A stretch of 64,000 bases of DNA from Alphaproteobacteria bacterium (GCA_017539265.1 JAFYHG010000018.1:8779-72778), one strand, 5' to 3'; shown: positions 20,078 to 30,367, counted from the stretch's first letter. Numbers and translations are program-made. The notes: generated by a model not told the origin, from the sequence alone.

Positions 20078-21118
20078 TTATAAAGACACTAGCTGCTCAC
20101 AGGAAAGCTGCGGTTCATACTCCCAATCAGACCAAACTTTTTTGTTTTCCTCCGCCATTTTTTTCAACCTATTTTCAAACGCTTTCTTACTTCTTGAAAA
20201 GGAAAACTCATTTCCGTTAGAATCGATACAAACATACTCATTTTGGCTTCCCTGAATCTCAACTGTTTTTTCTCCATTTTTATTAAAATATTGGCGGGAA
20301 GCGTGAAAATCACCCTGTCCCCTAACCACTTCTTCTCTAATCGCAATATTCCCATCTTCATAATAAACCTCTTCAACAAAAGAACTCCGTAAAGGAGACC
20401 TATCAACCCGTCTTCTCAGGGCTAACTTTCCTTGATTATACAGGTTCATATTGGGATAATAATACCTAGTTTGCTTAGAACGGGGACAATTATAAATATT
20501 AACATCAACTAAAAGACCCTTTACATAATTGCGACCTGTTAAACATCTATTCTGATGGAAACTGATGGTTCCTGTAAATAATTCCCCATTTTTTGCATAA
20601 ATCAGTTCTCCTTGTTTATACCAATTTTCATGTTCAATGGGCCATTCATGAAACATATCGGTTATACAAAATAAGTATGCTGCATAAAATACACCTGTCG
20701 ATACAGCAAATATCTTTAATATCAAGGACTCTTTTTCCTTTCGCTTTTTTATCATTAGAACTAAGATAGGAATACAAATCAAAAGACCAACACCATAAAG
20801 AATCATACCTACATCAATATCAATGCGTTCTCTTAACAGAATATGAGATATTGCCAAAAACATCACAAAACTAAATAAAGGTGCAGTTATCTTTGTTCGT
20901 CCTAAAGACCATAGAAAAATCACAACACTGCAAATATATAACAAAGAAAAGCCTATATAAAAAATAGGGAACAATATTGTCGGTTTTGAAATTGGTAAAA
21001 GGAACTTGAAAATTTGTTCTTGGCCGGGGGCAAATATCATCACCCCCACCTGATACAACAAAATAGATGATGTCGCAATAAAAAATAGCCGTGCCAATAT
21101 AACAAAAACTTTTTTCAT
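20078..21118 (-). CDS. hypothetical membrane protein
   Basis: About five N-terminal TM helices and a soluble C-terminal half with weak MORN-variant-like G-x-x-x-G periodicity. Confidence 0.4.
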   Translation of the reverse strand: MKKVFVILARLFFIATSSILLYQVGVMIFAPGQEQIFKFLLPISKPTILFPIFYIGFSLLYICSVVIFLWSLGRTKITAPLFSFVMFLAISHILLRERIDIDVGMILYGVGLLICIPILVLMIKKRKEKESLILKIFAVSTGVFYAAYLFCITDMFHEWPIEHENWYKQGELIYAKNGELFTGTISFHQNRCLTGRNYVKGLLVDVNIYNCPRSKQTRYYYPNMNLYNQGKLALRRRVDRSPLRSSFVEEVYYEDGNIAIREEVVRGQGDFHASRQYFNKNGEKTVEIQGSQNEYVCIDSNGNEFSFSRSKKAFENRLKKMAEENKKVWSDWEYEPQLSCEQLVSL

Positions 21119-21186
21119 ATTATGTTTCTTTCATCAGAATTACTTTCGTTTATAACATACCATTCGATAATTTACAATCCCCCAAT

Positions 21187-21215
21187 TTGACAAAATTTCA
21201 AAATTATGCTATAAT
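21187..21215 (+). promoter_or_regulatory. consensus sigma70 promoter
   Basis: TTGACA-17 nt-TATAAT, exact. SD aaggag follows before the ATG at 21239. Confidence 0.6.
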
Positions 21216-21238
21216 GCGCTTGTTAAGGAGAATTAAAC

Positions 21239-22135
21239 ATGCCACAAACGCCGAAAAAAAAGCCCGCTGTTACTCGTTCGACCTATCGCTACACGCGTCA
21301 GGATTGGGAACGTTTAAACCTTGAACTGGCGGCTTTACAGGCGGTTCAAAAGAAAGTAACTCCCGAAATAAATACGACAAAAATTGCTCCCCGTATTGCA
21401 CTCATTACTCATGAAATTCAAGAAAAAGCCAAAACGCGTAAACAAAAAGCCGATGTTGGTATCTACATACAATTGGGTCAAAAAACAGTTCAATTTTTCT
21501 TGGATAATCCGCAGTATATTCCCCTGATGAAGCACGAAATGGCCCGCCGATATCAAGCCCGTTTAAACGGAGAAGATATGCGTTTTGATACTTTAAATAA
21601 TTCGGTTTTAAATGCTCACGCCGAAGAAAATGCCGGCACGATTTACAAAGGTGGTATTTGCGAATGGAATGATAACTATCGTCGGGTACGCAATGATTAT
21701 ATCGAAACAATGGGGCGTGCCTGTCAAGCTGCCGAAATGGCCCTGCGGCGCAGCCAACCCGATCCTGTCCCGACACAAACCCAAGTACTGGTTCAACCGC
21801 GTCCCCAAGCCCAGCCACAACCTGCGCCAACGACACGACCTCCTCATCCGACATTTAACCCCGCCAATTTCCCCAATTATTGGAAGACGTTCCAACGCTC
21901 AAATGAAGAGGAAGTCAATCAACTTCTGGGTAACCGGTGTGATGATAATGTACCCGACATGCCTGAGGCAGAACTCCCAAAAGAAAATCCTCAACCTCCG
22001 AAACCAACCCCCGTGGTACAGGATTTACTCCCCGGTTTTGTTATGCCGCCGGCCGAAATTCCCGAAAAGGCAAAACGGGTCCGTAGATCCACACGAAAAT
22101 TTCGCTTACCCGACTCCGTCAAACAACGGTCATAA
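21239..22135 (+). CDS. hypothetical Pro/Gln-rich protein
   Basis: ORF behind a consensus promoter and SD. The C-terminal half is PQ-rich (QPRPQAQPQPAPTTRPPHP). Confidence 0.5.
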   Translation: MPQTPKKKPAVTRSTYRYTRQDWERLNLELAALQAVQKKVTPEINTTKIAPRIALITHEIQEKAKTRKQKADVGIYIQLGQKTVQFFLDNPQYIPLMKHEMARRYQARLNGEDMRFDTLNNSVLNAHAEENAGTIYKGGICEWNDNYRRVRNDYIETMGRACQAAEMALRRSQPDPVPTQTQVLVQPRPQAQPQPAPTTRPPHPTFNPANFPNYWKTFQRSNEEEVNQLLGNRCDDNVPDMPEAELPKENPQPPKPTPVVQDLLPGFVMPPAEIPEKAKRVRRSTRKFRLPDSVKQRS

Positions 22136-22142
22136 TTTTTTC

Positions 22143-22171
22143 TTGCAATTCGGATATTTTTTCCGTATAGT
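22143..22171 (+). promoter_or_regulatory. candidate sigma70 promoter
   Basis: TTGCAA-17 nt-TATAGT upstream of SD aaggag and the ATG at 22200. Confidence 0.45.
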
Positions 22172-22199
22172 ACTCCTATATTTAAAGTAAGGAGTTTTC

Positions 22200-22724
22200 A
22201 TGTTTAAATTATTGTCTTTTTTATCTGCTGTTTTGATGTCGGCCAAAGCCCTTGCCAACCCTGCCTGTGCGGTATGTACGGTGGCTATCGGGGCATCTTT
22301 ATCCATTGCCCGTAAGATGGGCGTAAAAGACGAAGTTGTCGGCGTCTGGACGGGTGCCATGTTGGCGATTTTAGGCTATTGGATTATTCGCTGGTTTGAT
22401 AAAAAAGGATGGCGTTTTTCCCACCGCGACGGTTTATTGATGATTTTATCCCTGGCCTCGGTCGGATTTGTGTATCTGGGGGAACTCAATTATAACCCCA
22501 TCCTGTTCTTGGGCTTTTTATATATTGATTCTTTCCTGTTCGCAACACTTGTCGGGGCTATCGGTTTTATCGGCGGGATGAAATTTTACGAATGGATGAA
22601 GGCCCACAACGGTGGCCACGCACACTTTCCGTTTGAAAAAGTGGTCGTTCCTGTGTTAACCGTTTTTGTTCTAAGCCTACTCTTCCATTACTATCCGACA
22701 TTCGGTTGTATCGGTGGTGTTTAA
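22200..22724 (+). CDS. hypothetical membrane protein
   Basis: Signal-like N-terminus and four or five TM helices. Confidence 0.5.
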   Translation: MFKLLSFLSAVLMSAKALANPACAVCTVAIGASLSIARKMGVKDEVVGVWTGAMLAILGYWIIRWFDKKGWRFSHRDGLLMILSLASVGFVYLGELNYNPILFLGFLYIDSFLFATLVGAIGFIGGMKFYEWMKAHNGGHAHFPFEKVVVPVLTVFVLSLLFHYYPTFGCIGGV

Positions 22725-23134
22725 AGATTACTTTGCCCTTTCTTTTCGGCTTTACGCTCTTCCATAATCACCTTAATGGATTTACCCGTTTCTTCGGATT
22801 CGATAATGATTTGACCGATTTCCGTCATTTGGGCATACTCGATGATTTGTTCAAAAGGCTTTCTAAAGGCCGGCACATGCTTCACCACCGTAATACATAC
22901 CTTTACGCAAATCGCAATAAACAAAATCACCCCGATTGTCAGGCCGACACCTTTACCCACGCCGCCCAACACATTCATATAAAATATCCGCCACGGCCGG
23001 TTAAAGTTATTCACATAATCCCCCAACTTCATCCGTTCAAACAAGTACGCCAATTTTTCAATTTGCGTTTGTCTTTCTTCCGGTGTCATTTCTGCAAAAG
23101 TTTTAATTTGTTTTTTATTTCTTCTAAATTTCAT
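22721..23134 (-). CDS. small membrane protein (DUF5665-like, from memory)
   Basis: Charged N-terminus, then a hydrophobic hairpin NVLGGVGKGVGLTIGVILFIAICV. Overlaps the GT gene by 4 nt. Confidence 0.4.
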   Translation of the reverse strand: MKFRRNKKQIKTFAEMTPEERQTQIEKLAYLFERMKLGDYVNNFNRPWRIFYMNVLGGVGKGVGLTIGVILFIAICVKVCITVVKHVPAFRKPFEQIIEYAQMTEIGQIIIESEETGKSIKVIMEERKAEKKGQSNL

Positions 23135-24267
23135 TTTAAAATCTCCCGATATAGTTGAATGGTTTTGTTACACATACTGTTTGTTGAAAAATTCTCCTGA
23201 ACGGACTTAATACTGTCTACCCCGATTTGGCGTTGTTTTTCTTCCGGCAAAGATAGGGCCTTCTCTAATACATCCGCCAAAGCCTTGGCATCCCCCACCG
23301 GAAATAAGAATCCTGTTTTCCCGTCTTGAATAGTTTCCTGCGCCCCGCCATGACCGCTCGCGACCACAATTTTACCCATGGCCTGTGCTTCCACCACAAC
23401 TCGCCCAAAGGCCTCAGGATCCAACGAAGCATTCACGACCACGGTACTTGCCGCATATAAAAGAGGCATTTCCCCACACGATTTAATAAATTTAACCTCT
23501 ATGTTATCGGGTAATTTTTCCGCCATTTCTTTTAATTTATTCGCATATTCTACACGCCCCTGATCCGACCCGACAATAAGACATTGTATTTCCCGCCCTG
23601 GCATTTGTTTTAGGGCTGCCAATAAAACACCCTGCCCTTTCCAAGACGTTAACCGCCCCACCATCGTAATAACGGGCTTATCTTTTGAAATACCATATTT
23701 ACCCTGAAAATCCTCTAGTTGTTTTTCCGTCACTTGATCAGGGTTAAATTCTTGAATATCTGCCCCACGGTGAATAACCACAATTTTTTCACTCGGCACA
23801 CCATAATTTTTCATGATATGTTCTTTAACAAAATTTGATACGGCAATCACATATTTTCCCGTCGTCATAACACGATTATAGGGCTTTTTTAACAGTTCCG
23901 GTTTTATTCCATAGACCCCATGAAAAGTCGCAATAAAAGGAACCCCCACCTTATGGGCTGCCCACTTTACGGACCACGCCGGCGCCCGCGATCGCACATG
24001 CACCAAATTAATCCCTTTTCCCCGAATAATTTGGACAAGTTTCCGACTGTTTTTCCAAATCACCAATGGATTTTTACTTTGCACCGGCAAGGTTATATGC
24101 TCAACACCCAATTCTTCCAGTTCACGAACCATGGGACCACCGGCCGATACTACATAATTTTTGATTCCCTGCTTTTGAAGTGCAGCCGCCATTTCAATTG
24201 TGCCGCGTTCCACCCCGCCCATTTCCAAAGTCGGTAAGACCTGCAGGACAATCGGATTTTTCACCAT
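23131..24267 (-). CDS. glycosyltransferase, GT4/GT1 family
   Basis: GT-B fold pattern with the C-terminal E(x7)E-like region EAFGRVVVEAQAMGKIVV. Confidence 0.8.
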   Translation of the reverse strand: MVKNPIVLQVLPTLEMGGVERGTIEMAAALQKQGIKNYVVSAGGPMVRELEELGVEHITLPVQSKNPLVIWKNSRKLVQIIRGKGINLVHVRSRAPAWSVKWAAHKVGVPFIATFHGVYGIKPELLKKPYNRVMTTGKYVIAVSNFVKEHIMKNYGVPSEKIVVIHRGADIQEFNPDQVTEKQLEDFQGKYGISKDKPVITMVGRLTSWKGQGVLLAALKQMPGREIQCLIVGSDQGRVEYANKLKEMAEKLPDNIEVKFIKSCGEMPLLYAASTVVVNASLDPEAFGRVVVEAQAMGKIVVASGHGGAQETIQDGKTGFLFPVGDAKALADVLEKALSLPEEKQRQIGVDSIKSVQENFSTNSMCNKTIQLYREILK

Positions 24268-24277
24268 ATTTTAATCC

Positions 24278-24688
24278 TTATTGATAGAAAAGTTGCCTAT
24301 TCTGGGTCGGCGGTTTACGTTGAACGTAATCGCGGGCCTCCATGCATTCTTCATATTCGTCATAAGACATGGACCAATCTCCCACGGCCGAGTTCACATA
24401 GAGCGGTTGAGCCCCCGGCATTGGCCTGAATTGCGCCCAAATACCGCTGTCAGCTTCGTTATCAAAGCGTAAATCCAAATCGGGTTCCCGTCCCCATTGC
24501 CAAGGCCAACCCGGCCACCGGAACGGCCAATAATCTGCTTGACTTAAGCAATAGTTATGATCCCTGACGAACCAAACACCACCGGTATTAGGGCGTTCCC
24601 AATAAAAGACTTTTTGTCCCCCGCTGTCGCAGGCCGATAAAAAGAGAAGTCCGACACAAAGTGCTATCATTCTAAAAGTGTTTTTCAT
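24278..24688 (-). CDS. hypothetical lipoprotein
   Basis: SD aaggag 6 nt before the ATG at 24688. Lipobox LFLSAC. Trp-rich mature part. Confidence 0.5.
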   Translation of the reverse strand: MKNTFRMIALCVGLLFLSACDSGGQKVFYWERPNTGGVWFVRDHNYCLSQADYWPFRWPGWPWQWGREPDLDLRFDNEADSGIWAQFRPMPGAQPLYVNSAVGDWSMSYDEYEECMEARDYVQRKPPTQNRQLFYQ

Positions 24689-24698
24689 GTTGCGCTCC

Positions 24699-25379
24699 TT
24701 AAAAATCCAAATTCGCATAATTATCTGTCGGCATTATACCAGCAAATTTATCCCGAAGTAAAGAACTAAATGAAGGTCTTGACTTAATTTTTGCATACCA
24801 CAGTTTTATTTCGGGGTATTTTTCCCAAGAAATCTCACCCAAATAGTCCAAAATTGATAGGTGCGCAGCCACCGCCAAATCTGCCATAGACAGCATTCTG
24901 CCCCCTAAATAGGGCCGTCTGACCGCCACCCATTCCAAATAGGTTAAATAATTTTTAAGATTATCCCGCGCCGCCCGGATTATCAACGAATTTGGCGCAT
25001 CACCCGTTTTCATGGCCTTCACGACCCGTTCCCCGACCAAAGGCTTTAACACATCCATATAAAAAGACGAATCGAACCATCCCACAAGTCTTCTGATTTC
25101 AGCGCGTCCCTTAGCCGTTTCTCCCATCAGGTTAGGCTCCGGCACCAATTCGTTTAAATATTCACAAATAGCGTTGTGTTGTTTTAAAACAGAACCGTCC
25201 GGCTCCACCAAAACAGGCAAATCCCCCACGGGGTTTAAGGCCAATAAACCTTCCCGCCGCACCCATGGGATTTCATGCACCAACCCGAACGGAATTCCTT
25301 TTTCATACAGGCACAATCTCACTTTCCGTGAAAACGGACAAAGCTGAAAATGATAAAGCGTTCTGCGTTCCAATGTCAT
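24699..25379 (-). CDS. glutathione S-transferase family protein
   Basis: Thioredoxin-like N-domain (LYHFQLCPFSRKVR...LPVL) plus a helical C-domain. Confidence 0.7.
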   Translation of the reverse strand: MTLERRTLYHFQLCPFSRKVRLCLYEKGIPFGLVHEIPWVRREGLLALNPVGDLPVLVEPDGSVLKQHNAICEYLNELVPEPNLMGETAKGRAEIRRLVGWFDSSFYMDVLKPLVGERVVKAMKTGDAPNSLIIRAARDNLKNYLTYLEWVAVRRPYLGGRMLSMADLAVAAHLSILDYLGEISWEKYPEIKLWYAKIKSRPSFSSLLRDKFAGIMPTDNYANLDF

Positions 25380-26521
25380 TTTTTTCTTTTCTCCGTCATA
25401 TGCGTCAACTCTGTCGCCAACTTATCCGACGGCGATTGTTTCGCCCCCAGCCCCAGTTTTTTCAAACTTTCCTGTGTCATTTGTTTCGGATTTTTCAAAA
25501 GTTCCTTTAGTGTATCCACAATTTTATCCACATTACATTGATCTTGTAACAACTCCGGAACAATTTCCCGATTGGCCAGTATGTTCAACAGATTAACAAA
25601 TCTGATCTTTAAAAGCCTTTTGGCGATAATGGCCGTTAACCGACTGACCTTATAGGCAATTAAATGCGGCACACCCGCCATCGCCAATTCCAAACTCACC
25701 GTTCCCGAAGCCGCCAAGGCCACATTTGCCGCGGCAAAAGCATCATATCGTTCTTTTTCACCTTGAATAATCAAATGCGGCACATCCCAATTTTGTGTTT
25801 TTTGCCGAATGGCCTCAGATACCGTTTGCACGGTCGGAATAACAACAAACAAATTCGGAATTTCTTTTCTCATTTGCTCGGCTGATTCTTGAAACACCGG
25901 CCACAGATATTTGATCTCATTTTTACGACTCCCCGGCAAAACACATAAAATGGTTGCCTTAGGATCGATCCCGTATTTTTTGCGGAATTTCACACCGTTT
26001 CCCTTATCGGCACCGCCTTCAATTACCGGATGCCCGATAAAAGTCGTCTTCATGCCATAGGGTTCAAAATAAGGCGCTTCATTCGGCAGCAAGCAAAATA
26101 AGTGATCCACAAATCCGCCGATTTTTTTTGCCCGCCCTTTTTTCCAAGCCCACACCTGTGGTGCCACACAATGGACATGCGGTTTTTCATATCCGGCCGC
26201 CTGTAATTTTTTATGGATTCGCGCGGCAAAACTATAACTATCGATCGTCATTACGATATCCGGCTTTTTCCGGTCGATATCGGCAATTATTTCATTCATA
26301 TGCTTTAATATTTTCGGAATACTGGGCACAACTTCCATAAATCCCATCACGGCCAAATCCCGAATATCAAACAGGCTTTTAAGGCCCTCTTCCGTCATTG
26401 TTTCACCGCCGACACCGTAAAAAATGACTTGTCCCTTTGTTTGTTTCTTAAGGGCTCTCATCAAACGGGATCCCAATAAATCCCCCGAAGGTTCACCGGC
26501 AATTAAGTAGACCTTTAACAT
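25376..26521 (-). CDS. lpxB: lipid-A-disaccharide synthase
   Basis: The IAGEPSGDLLG motif and position after lpxA-lpxI. Confidence 0.9.
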   Translation of the reverse strand: MLKVYLIAGEPSGDLLGSRLMRALKKQTKGQVIFYGVGGETMTEEGLKSLFDIRDLAVMGFMEVVPSIPKILKHMNEIIADIDRKKPDIVMTIDSYSFAARIHKKLQAAGYEKPHVHCVAPQVWAWKKGRAKKIGGFVDHLFCLLPNEAPYFEPYGMKTTFIGHPVIEGGADKGNGVKFRKKYGIDPKATILCVLPGSRKNEIKYLWPVFQESAEQMRKEIPNLFVVIPTVQTVSEAIRQKTQNWDVPHLIIQGEKERYDAFAAANVALAASGTVSLELAMAGVPHLIAYKVSRLTAIIAKRLLKIRFVNLLNILANREIVPELLQDQCNVDKIVDTLKELLKNPKQMTQESLKKLGLGAKQSPSDKLATELTHMTEKRKK

Positions 26522-27339
26522 TGAACCCCCACCACAAAAATTCCCAGTTTATCTGCTATTTTGACCATTTCCTCTACATCAACCATCAAGGCGCTCCCTT
26601 GTTCTACGGCAATTCCTTTAAATCCCGCGTCTGCAACGGCCTGAACGGTTCTGGGGCCTACCGTCGGCAAATCTACCCGCCGATCCTGCTGGGGTTTAGA
26701 AACTTTTACCAAAACACCGCCACCGCCTTTGCGCTTTAGCGCGCCCGTCCGTTTAATCAGGGCCGCCGTCCCTTCAATACCTTCCACCGCCAAGACAAGT
26801 CCTTTTTGTACAATCACGGCCTGCCCGACATCAGCCTGCCCCAATAATTTAGCAACCTTCACACCTTGTTGAATATCCAATTCATCCTGCGAATTCGGCT
26901 TTATTTTACCATAAACACCCGTTTTTGCCAACAATTCCGGCATTATGGTATGCACACCCACAATATGGAAGCCTTGCTTTTCCGCTTCCCCCAAAATAAT
27001 TTTTAAAAGGCCGTCATCACCCATCAAGCGAAAACCCACCTTAATCAACATTGAAAGCGTTTTTAAATCCGGCCTGAGTTCTGCAACAGAGGGCCGCCGT
27101 ACATTTCCGATAAAGACAACATCTTTAACACCGGCATTTCTGCATAATTTTATGGCTTTTCCGATTTGCGCCAATCCGATCCAAGCGCCGTCCGCTTTCG
27201 ATAAAATATCGGGATTTGCCTGTCCCTTCAAAGCCAACACAAACACTGACCGTTTTTGTTGCCGTGCCACTTCTATTACAGCCTCCGGCAAGGTCCCTCC
27301 ACCTGCAACGATACCCAATGTGTTTTGTGTTTGTTTCAA
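26515..27339 (-). CDS. lpxI: UDP-2,3-diacylglucosamine hydrolase LpxI (DUF1009)
   Basis: LGIVAGGGTLPEAV N-terminus. Position between lpxA and lpxB as in alphaproteobacteria. Confidence 0.8.
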   Translation of the reverse strand: MKQTQNTLGIVAGGGTLPEAVIEVARQQKRSVFVLALKGQANPDILSKADGAWIGLAQIGKAIKLCRNAGVKDVVFIGNVRRPSVAELRPDLKTLSMLIKVGFRLMGDDGLLKIILGEAEKQGFHIVGVHTIMPELLAKTGVYGKIKPNSQDELDIQQGVKVAKLLGQADVGQAVIVQKGLVLAVEGIEGTAALIKRTGALKRKGGGGVLVKVSKPQQDRRVDLPTVGPRTVQAVADAGFKGIAVEQGSALMVDVEEMVKIADKLGIFVVGVQC

Positions 27340-27342
27340 TTT

Positions 27343-28143
27343 TTACTCCGGTTGCAATATATTGTTTTTAGACGGGTTGCTGACGAACTCAATAACCGAT
27401 TTAACAAAAGAGTTTTGGTTTAATTCTTCGTTTTCTTCCAAATCGGCCAAGCGTTCGGCAAACAAGCGATTATCTTCACGATTAAATAGGATCTTATAGG
27501 CCTTTTGTAAAGCCATAATTTCTTCTTTAGGCACCCCCGCCCGTTGTAATCCGACCAAATTCAACCCCGACAGGGCCGACCGTCCACCTCCCATTACCAA
27601 CCCATAGGGAATCACGTCTCGGGTAATACCGGCCATACCGCCGATCATAGCCCCTTCTCCGATTCGGGTAAACTGCAGCACCGCCGCTAATCCGCCGATA
27701 ATGGCTTTATTTCCGACACGCACATGACCGGCCAACGTGGCATTATTACTCATCACAATATCGTCGCCCAATACACAATCATGCGCAATATGACTCGCTA
27801 CCAAAAACAGGTTCCTGTTACCGATTATGGTAATTTTATGATCCACATCCGACCCCACATGCGCCGTCACATGCTCCCGAAAAGTATTATCGTCTCCGAT
27901 AACCAAAACCGCATCAGGGGCATTACTGCGTTTGTGTTGTGCGAGCAATCCCAAAGTTGCGAACGGATACACCAAATTTCTCTTCCCCAAGGTGGTATAG
28001 CCATCAACCACCACATGCGACATCAATCGGGTCTCATCTCCGATTTTAACATTCGGCCCCACAACACAATAAGGTCCGATAACAACATCATCGCCCAATT
28101 CGGCACTCGGATCAACAATGGCAGAGGGGTGTATATCAATCAT
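27343..28143 (-). CDS. lpxA: UDP-N-acetylglucosamine O-acyltransferase
   Basis: Hexapeptide repeats from IHPSAIVDPSAELGDDVVIGPYCVV. Cluster context. Confidence 0.9.
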   Translation of the reverse strand: MIDIHPSAIVDPSAELGDDVVIGPYCVVGPNVKIGDETRLMSHVVVDGYTTLGKRNLVYPFATLGLLAQHKRSNAPDAVLVIGDDNTFREHVTAHVGSDVDHKITIIGNRNLFLVASHIAHDCVLGDDIVMSNNATLAGHVRVGNKAIIGGLAAVLQFTRIGEGAMIGGMAGITRDVIPYGLVMGGGRSALSGLNLVGLQRAGVPKEEIMALQKAYKILFNREDNRLFAERLADLEENEELNQNSFVKSVIEFVSNPSKNNILQPE

Positions 28144-28156
28144 TTTAAGTATCCTT

Positions 28157-28627
28157 TTATTTTCGTTTTAAAATCATCGCACTAAATATAGCCTGCGACA
28201 CTAATTTACCGTCCACAAAAGCCTCCCCTTTAAATTTAAAGACATTGCGAACGGCCTGTTCCTTCTTGACATGAAGTTCCAACACATCCCCAGGTACGAC
28301 AGGTTTGCGAAATTTTACATCATCTACCGTCATGAAATAGACACCAATACCTTTTTGTTCTTCCGGCGGAAATGAAGATACGACCACCACACCGGCTGTT
28401 TGAGCCATGGCTTCTACCTGTAATACCCCCGGCATAATGGGATTACCCGGAAAGTGCCCTTGAAAAAACGGCTCATCTGCCGTTATATTTTTAACTCCGA
28501 TTCCCGATACCCCCGGTACCACATCTTTCATTTTATCCACAAATAAAAAAGGGGACCGATGCGGTAACATCGTCATAATTTCCTGAACATTCATCACGGG
28601 TATTTTTGCTATTGTTTCTTTTTCCAT
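28157..28627 (-). CDS. fabZ: 3-hydroxyacyl-ACP dehydratase FabZ
   Basis: LPHRSPFLFVD and FFQGHFPGNPIMPGVL motifs. Confidence 0.9.
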   Translation of the reverse strand: MEKETIAKIPVMNVQEIMTMLPHRSPFLFVDKMKDVVPGVSGIGVKNITADEPFFQGHFPGNPIMPGVLQVEAMAQTAGVVVVSSFPPEEQKGIGVYFMTVDDVKFRKPVVPGDVLELHVKKEQAVRNVFKFKGEAFVDGKLVSQAIFSAMILKRK

Positions 28628-29694
28628 TTATTCCAGACCTCTCTCATCCAAAGTTTCCATGAAAACTTAGGTTTCCCCTCTTTGGTTTGGGTTAATTTTT
28701 TAACAGCCAACACTTGCCGCAGATAATCTTTGTGCGGCACCGCCGGCGACCCCAACAAAACAACACCTGCCGGCACTTCATTCATCACACCGGACTGGGC
28801 CCCAATTTGTGCCCCCGTCCCGATTTTTAAGTGCCCCGCAAAACCGGCCTGTCCGCCGGCCACAACAAAATCTCCGAATTCGCAACTACCCGCAATACCG
28901 ACTTGCGACACCAACACACAGCACCGCCCTAACTTTACATTATGGGCCACCTGAACCAGATTGTCTATCCGTGTTCCACTACCGATAACGGTATCGCCCA
29001 TAGCACCCCGATCTACACAGGTAGAGGAACCTATCTCCACATCATCCCCGATGATAACACGCCCCAACTGTGGCACCTTTTGTGGCCCTTTTTCCGGTGA
29101 CATAGCAAAGCCGAATCCATCCTGTCCGACATGGCATCCCGGATAGAAATAAACTTTATGTCCCGCCTTGCAGTGTGATACGGTTGCATTCGCCCCCACC
29201 GTACACAAGGATCCCATTTGAACCCCTTCTTCAATAACGGCATTCGGGCCAACAAGACATCCGTCCCCCAACTCCGCATTAGGTCCGATATAGGCCCCCG
29301 CTTCCACACGGCATCCGGCCCCTAATTTAGCCGTTTGATCCACATAGGCTTTATCCGAGATCATCGGTTCAAAAGTTCTGGGATAAAAAGCACTGGCCAC
29401 CAATCCATAGGATCGATGAGCATCTTTAGCCACCAGGGCAATACACCCCGCCGGCACATATTCCAAAAACTTTTCCGGTACAATAACAGCCCCCGCTTTT
29501 GTATTTTTCAAATCTTCTCTGGCCTTGGGAATAAAGGCCCACGATACGTCATCTGCGCCTGCTTCCGCAAGACCGGCGACATTCGTGAATACCCTGTTTT
29601 TATCCGTCCCCTCCGGCAGGGCAACTTCACCGATACTTTCAATTTGTGCCAACGTCAAAGATTCGATTTTTTTAAAAAAGCGGGGATCTGCCAT
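28609..29694 (-). CDS. lpxD: UDP-3-O-acylglucosamine N-acyltransferase
   Basis: Long hexapeptide-repeat domain. Cluster context. Confidence 0.9.
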   Translation of the reverse strand: MADPRFFKKIESLTLAQIESIGEVALPEGTDKNRVFTNVAGLAEAGADDVSWAFIPKAREDLKNTKAGAVIVPEKFLEYVPAGCIALVAKDAHRSYGLVASAFYPRTFEPMISDKAYVDQTAKLGAGCRVEAGAYIGPNAELGDGCLVGPNAVIEEGVQMGSLCTVGANATVSHCKAGHKVYFYPGCHVGQDGFGFAMSPEKGPQKVPQLGRVIIGDDVEIGSSTCVDRGAMGDTVIGSGTRIDNLVQVAHNVKLGRCCVLVSQVGIAGSCEFGDFVVAGGQAGFAGHLKIGTGAQIGAQSGVMNEVPAGVVLLGSPAVPHKDYLRQVLAVKKLTQTKEGKPKFSWKLWMREVWNKWKKKQ

Positions 29695-29695
29695 A

Positions 29696-30367
29696 TTATT
29701 TTCCTTTCGCCTGTTGCTCGGCTAGCGCTTTGATCTGTTGAGCAATAGTTTCCGGATTAGGATATTCCACCGGTTTAATCTTTTCGTTCAAAGCATTGAT
29801 AAACGCATCCGTCATATCGGTTTTCTTACCGGCAACTTTTTTACCCGGCCACACCGTAACCTCTTTGTTCAAGACAATCTCGGCACCGGCTTTACGGGAT
29901 ACGTCTTCCAATACATCTTCAACATCGGCCTGAACTTTGCTGGCTGCAACTTGTGAAGCCGCTAAGACTTGCTGAATTTGTCCCTGATATTTTTGCTGCA
30001 TAGCCATAGCTTTCTTCTGCAAGGCAACGGCTTTTTTCTTAAAGTCCGTTTCACTCAACTTTCCTTTTTCCGCAGCCAATTCTTTTTCTTCCTGTTCCAA
30101 ATTACCGGCTTCTAAACTGAGTTGAGCTTGAATTTTTTCTTCATAGCCCCGTTGACTGTCAATAATGGATTTGTAAACAAGGGCTTCTTTTTGCACCCGT
30201 TCAAAATCAATAACCATTGTCTTATTCCCGCAACAAGCCCATTTACAAGCCCCAAACGCCAGTAAGGCTGCCACAATGGCCGTCCCACCCATCATTAAAG
30301 CTTTTTTTCCGAAACTGCACCCGCAGCCACATTCTTTTTCGTTTTTCATGTTAAAATCCTTTCCCAA
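29696..30367 (-). CDS. skp: OmpH/Skp-family periplasmic chaperone
   Basis: Coiled, Gln/Lys-rich body. Sits between bamA and lpxD. The N-terminus (CGCGCS...) is odd, so the start is uncertain. Confidence 0.65.
   Translation of the reverse strand: MGKDFNMKNEKECGCGCSFGKKALMMGGTAIVAALLAFGACKWACCGNKTMVIDFERVQKEALVYKSIIDSQRGYEEKIQAQLSLEAGNLEQEEKELAAEKGKLSETDFKKKAVALQKKAMAMQQKYQGQIQQVLAASQVAASKVQADVEDVLEDVSRKAGAEIVLNKEVTVWPGKKVAGKKTDMTDAFINALNEKIKPVEYPNPETIAQQIKALAEQQAKGK

Noticed and set aside
21405-22190. Alternative ORFs 21405..21854(-), 21608..21895(-) and 21612..22190(+) overlapping 21239..22135.
   Set aside because: Only the 21239 frame sits behind the consensus promoter and AAGGAG SD. The others lack start signals.
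22706-23158. 150-aa plus-strand ORF antisense to 22721..23134.
   Set aside because: The product is His/Phe/Arg-rich low complexity. The minus-strand product has a clean TM hairpin and a 4-nt coupling to the GT gene.
30250-30367. Odd Cys-rich N-terminus of Skp (KECGCGCSFGKK...ACKWACCGNK) as a possible metal site or lipobox.
   Set aside because: The start codon is uncertain and there is no canonical lipobox. It cannot be judged without alignment to orthologs.
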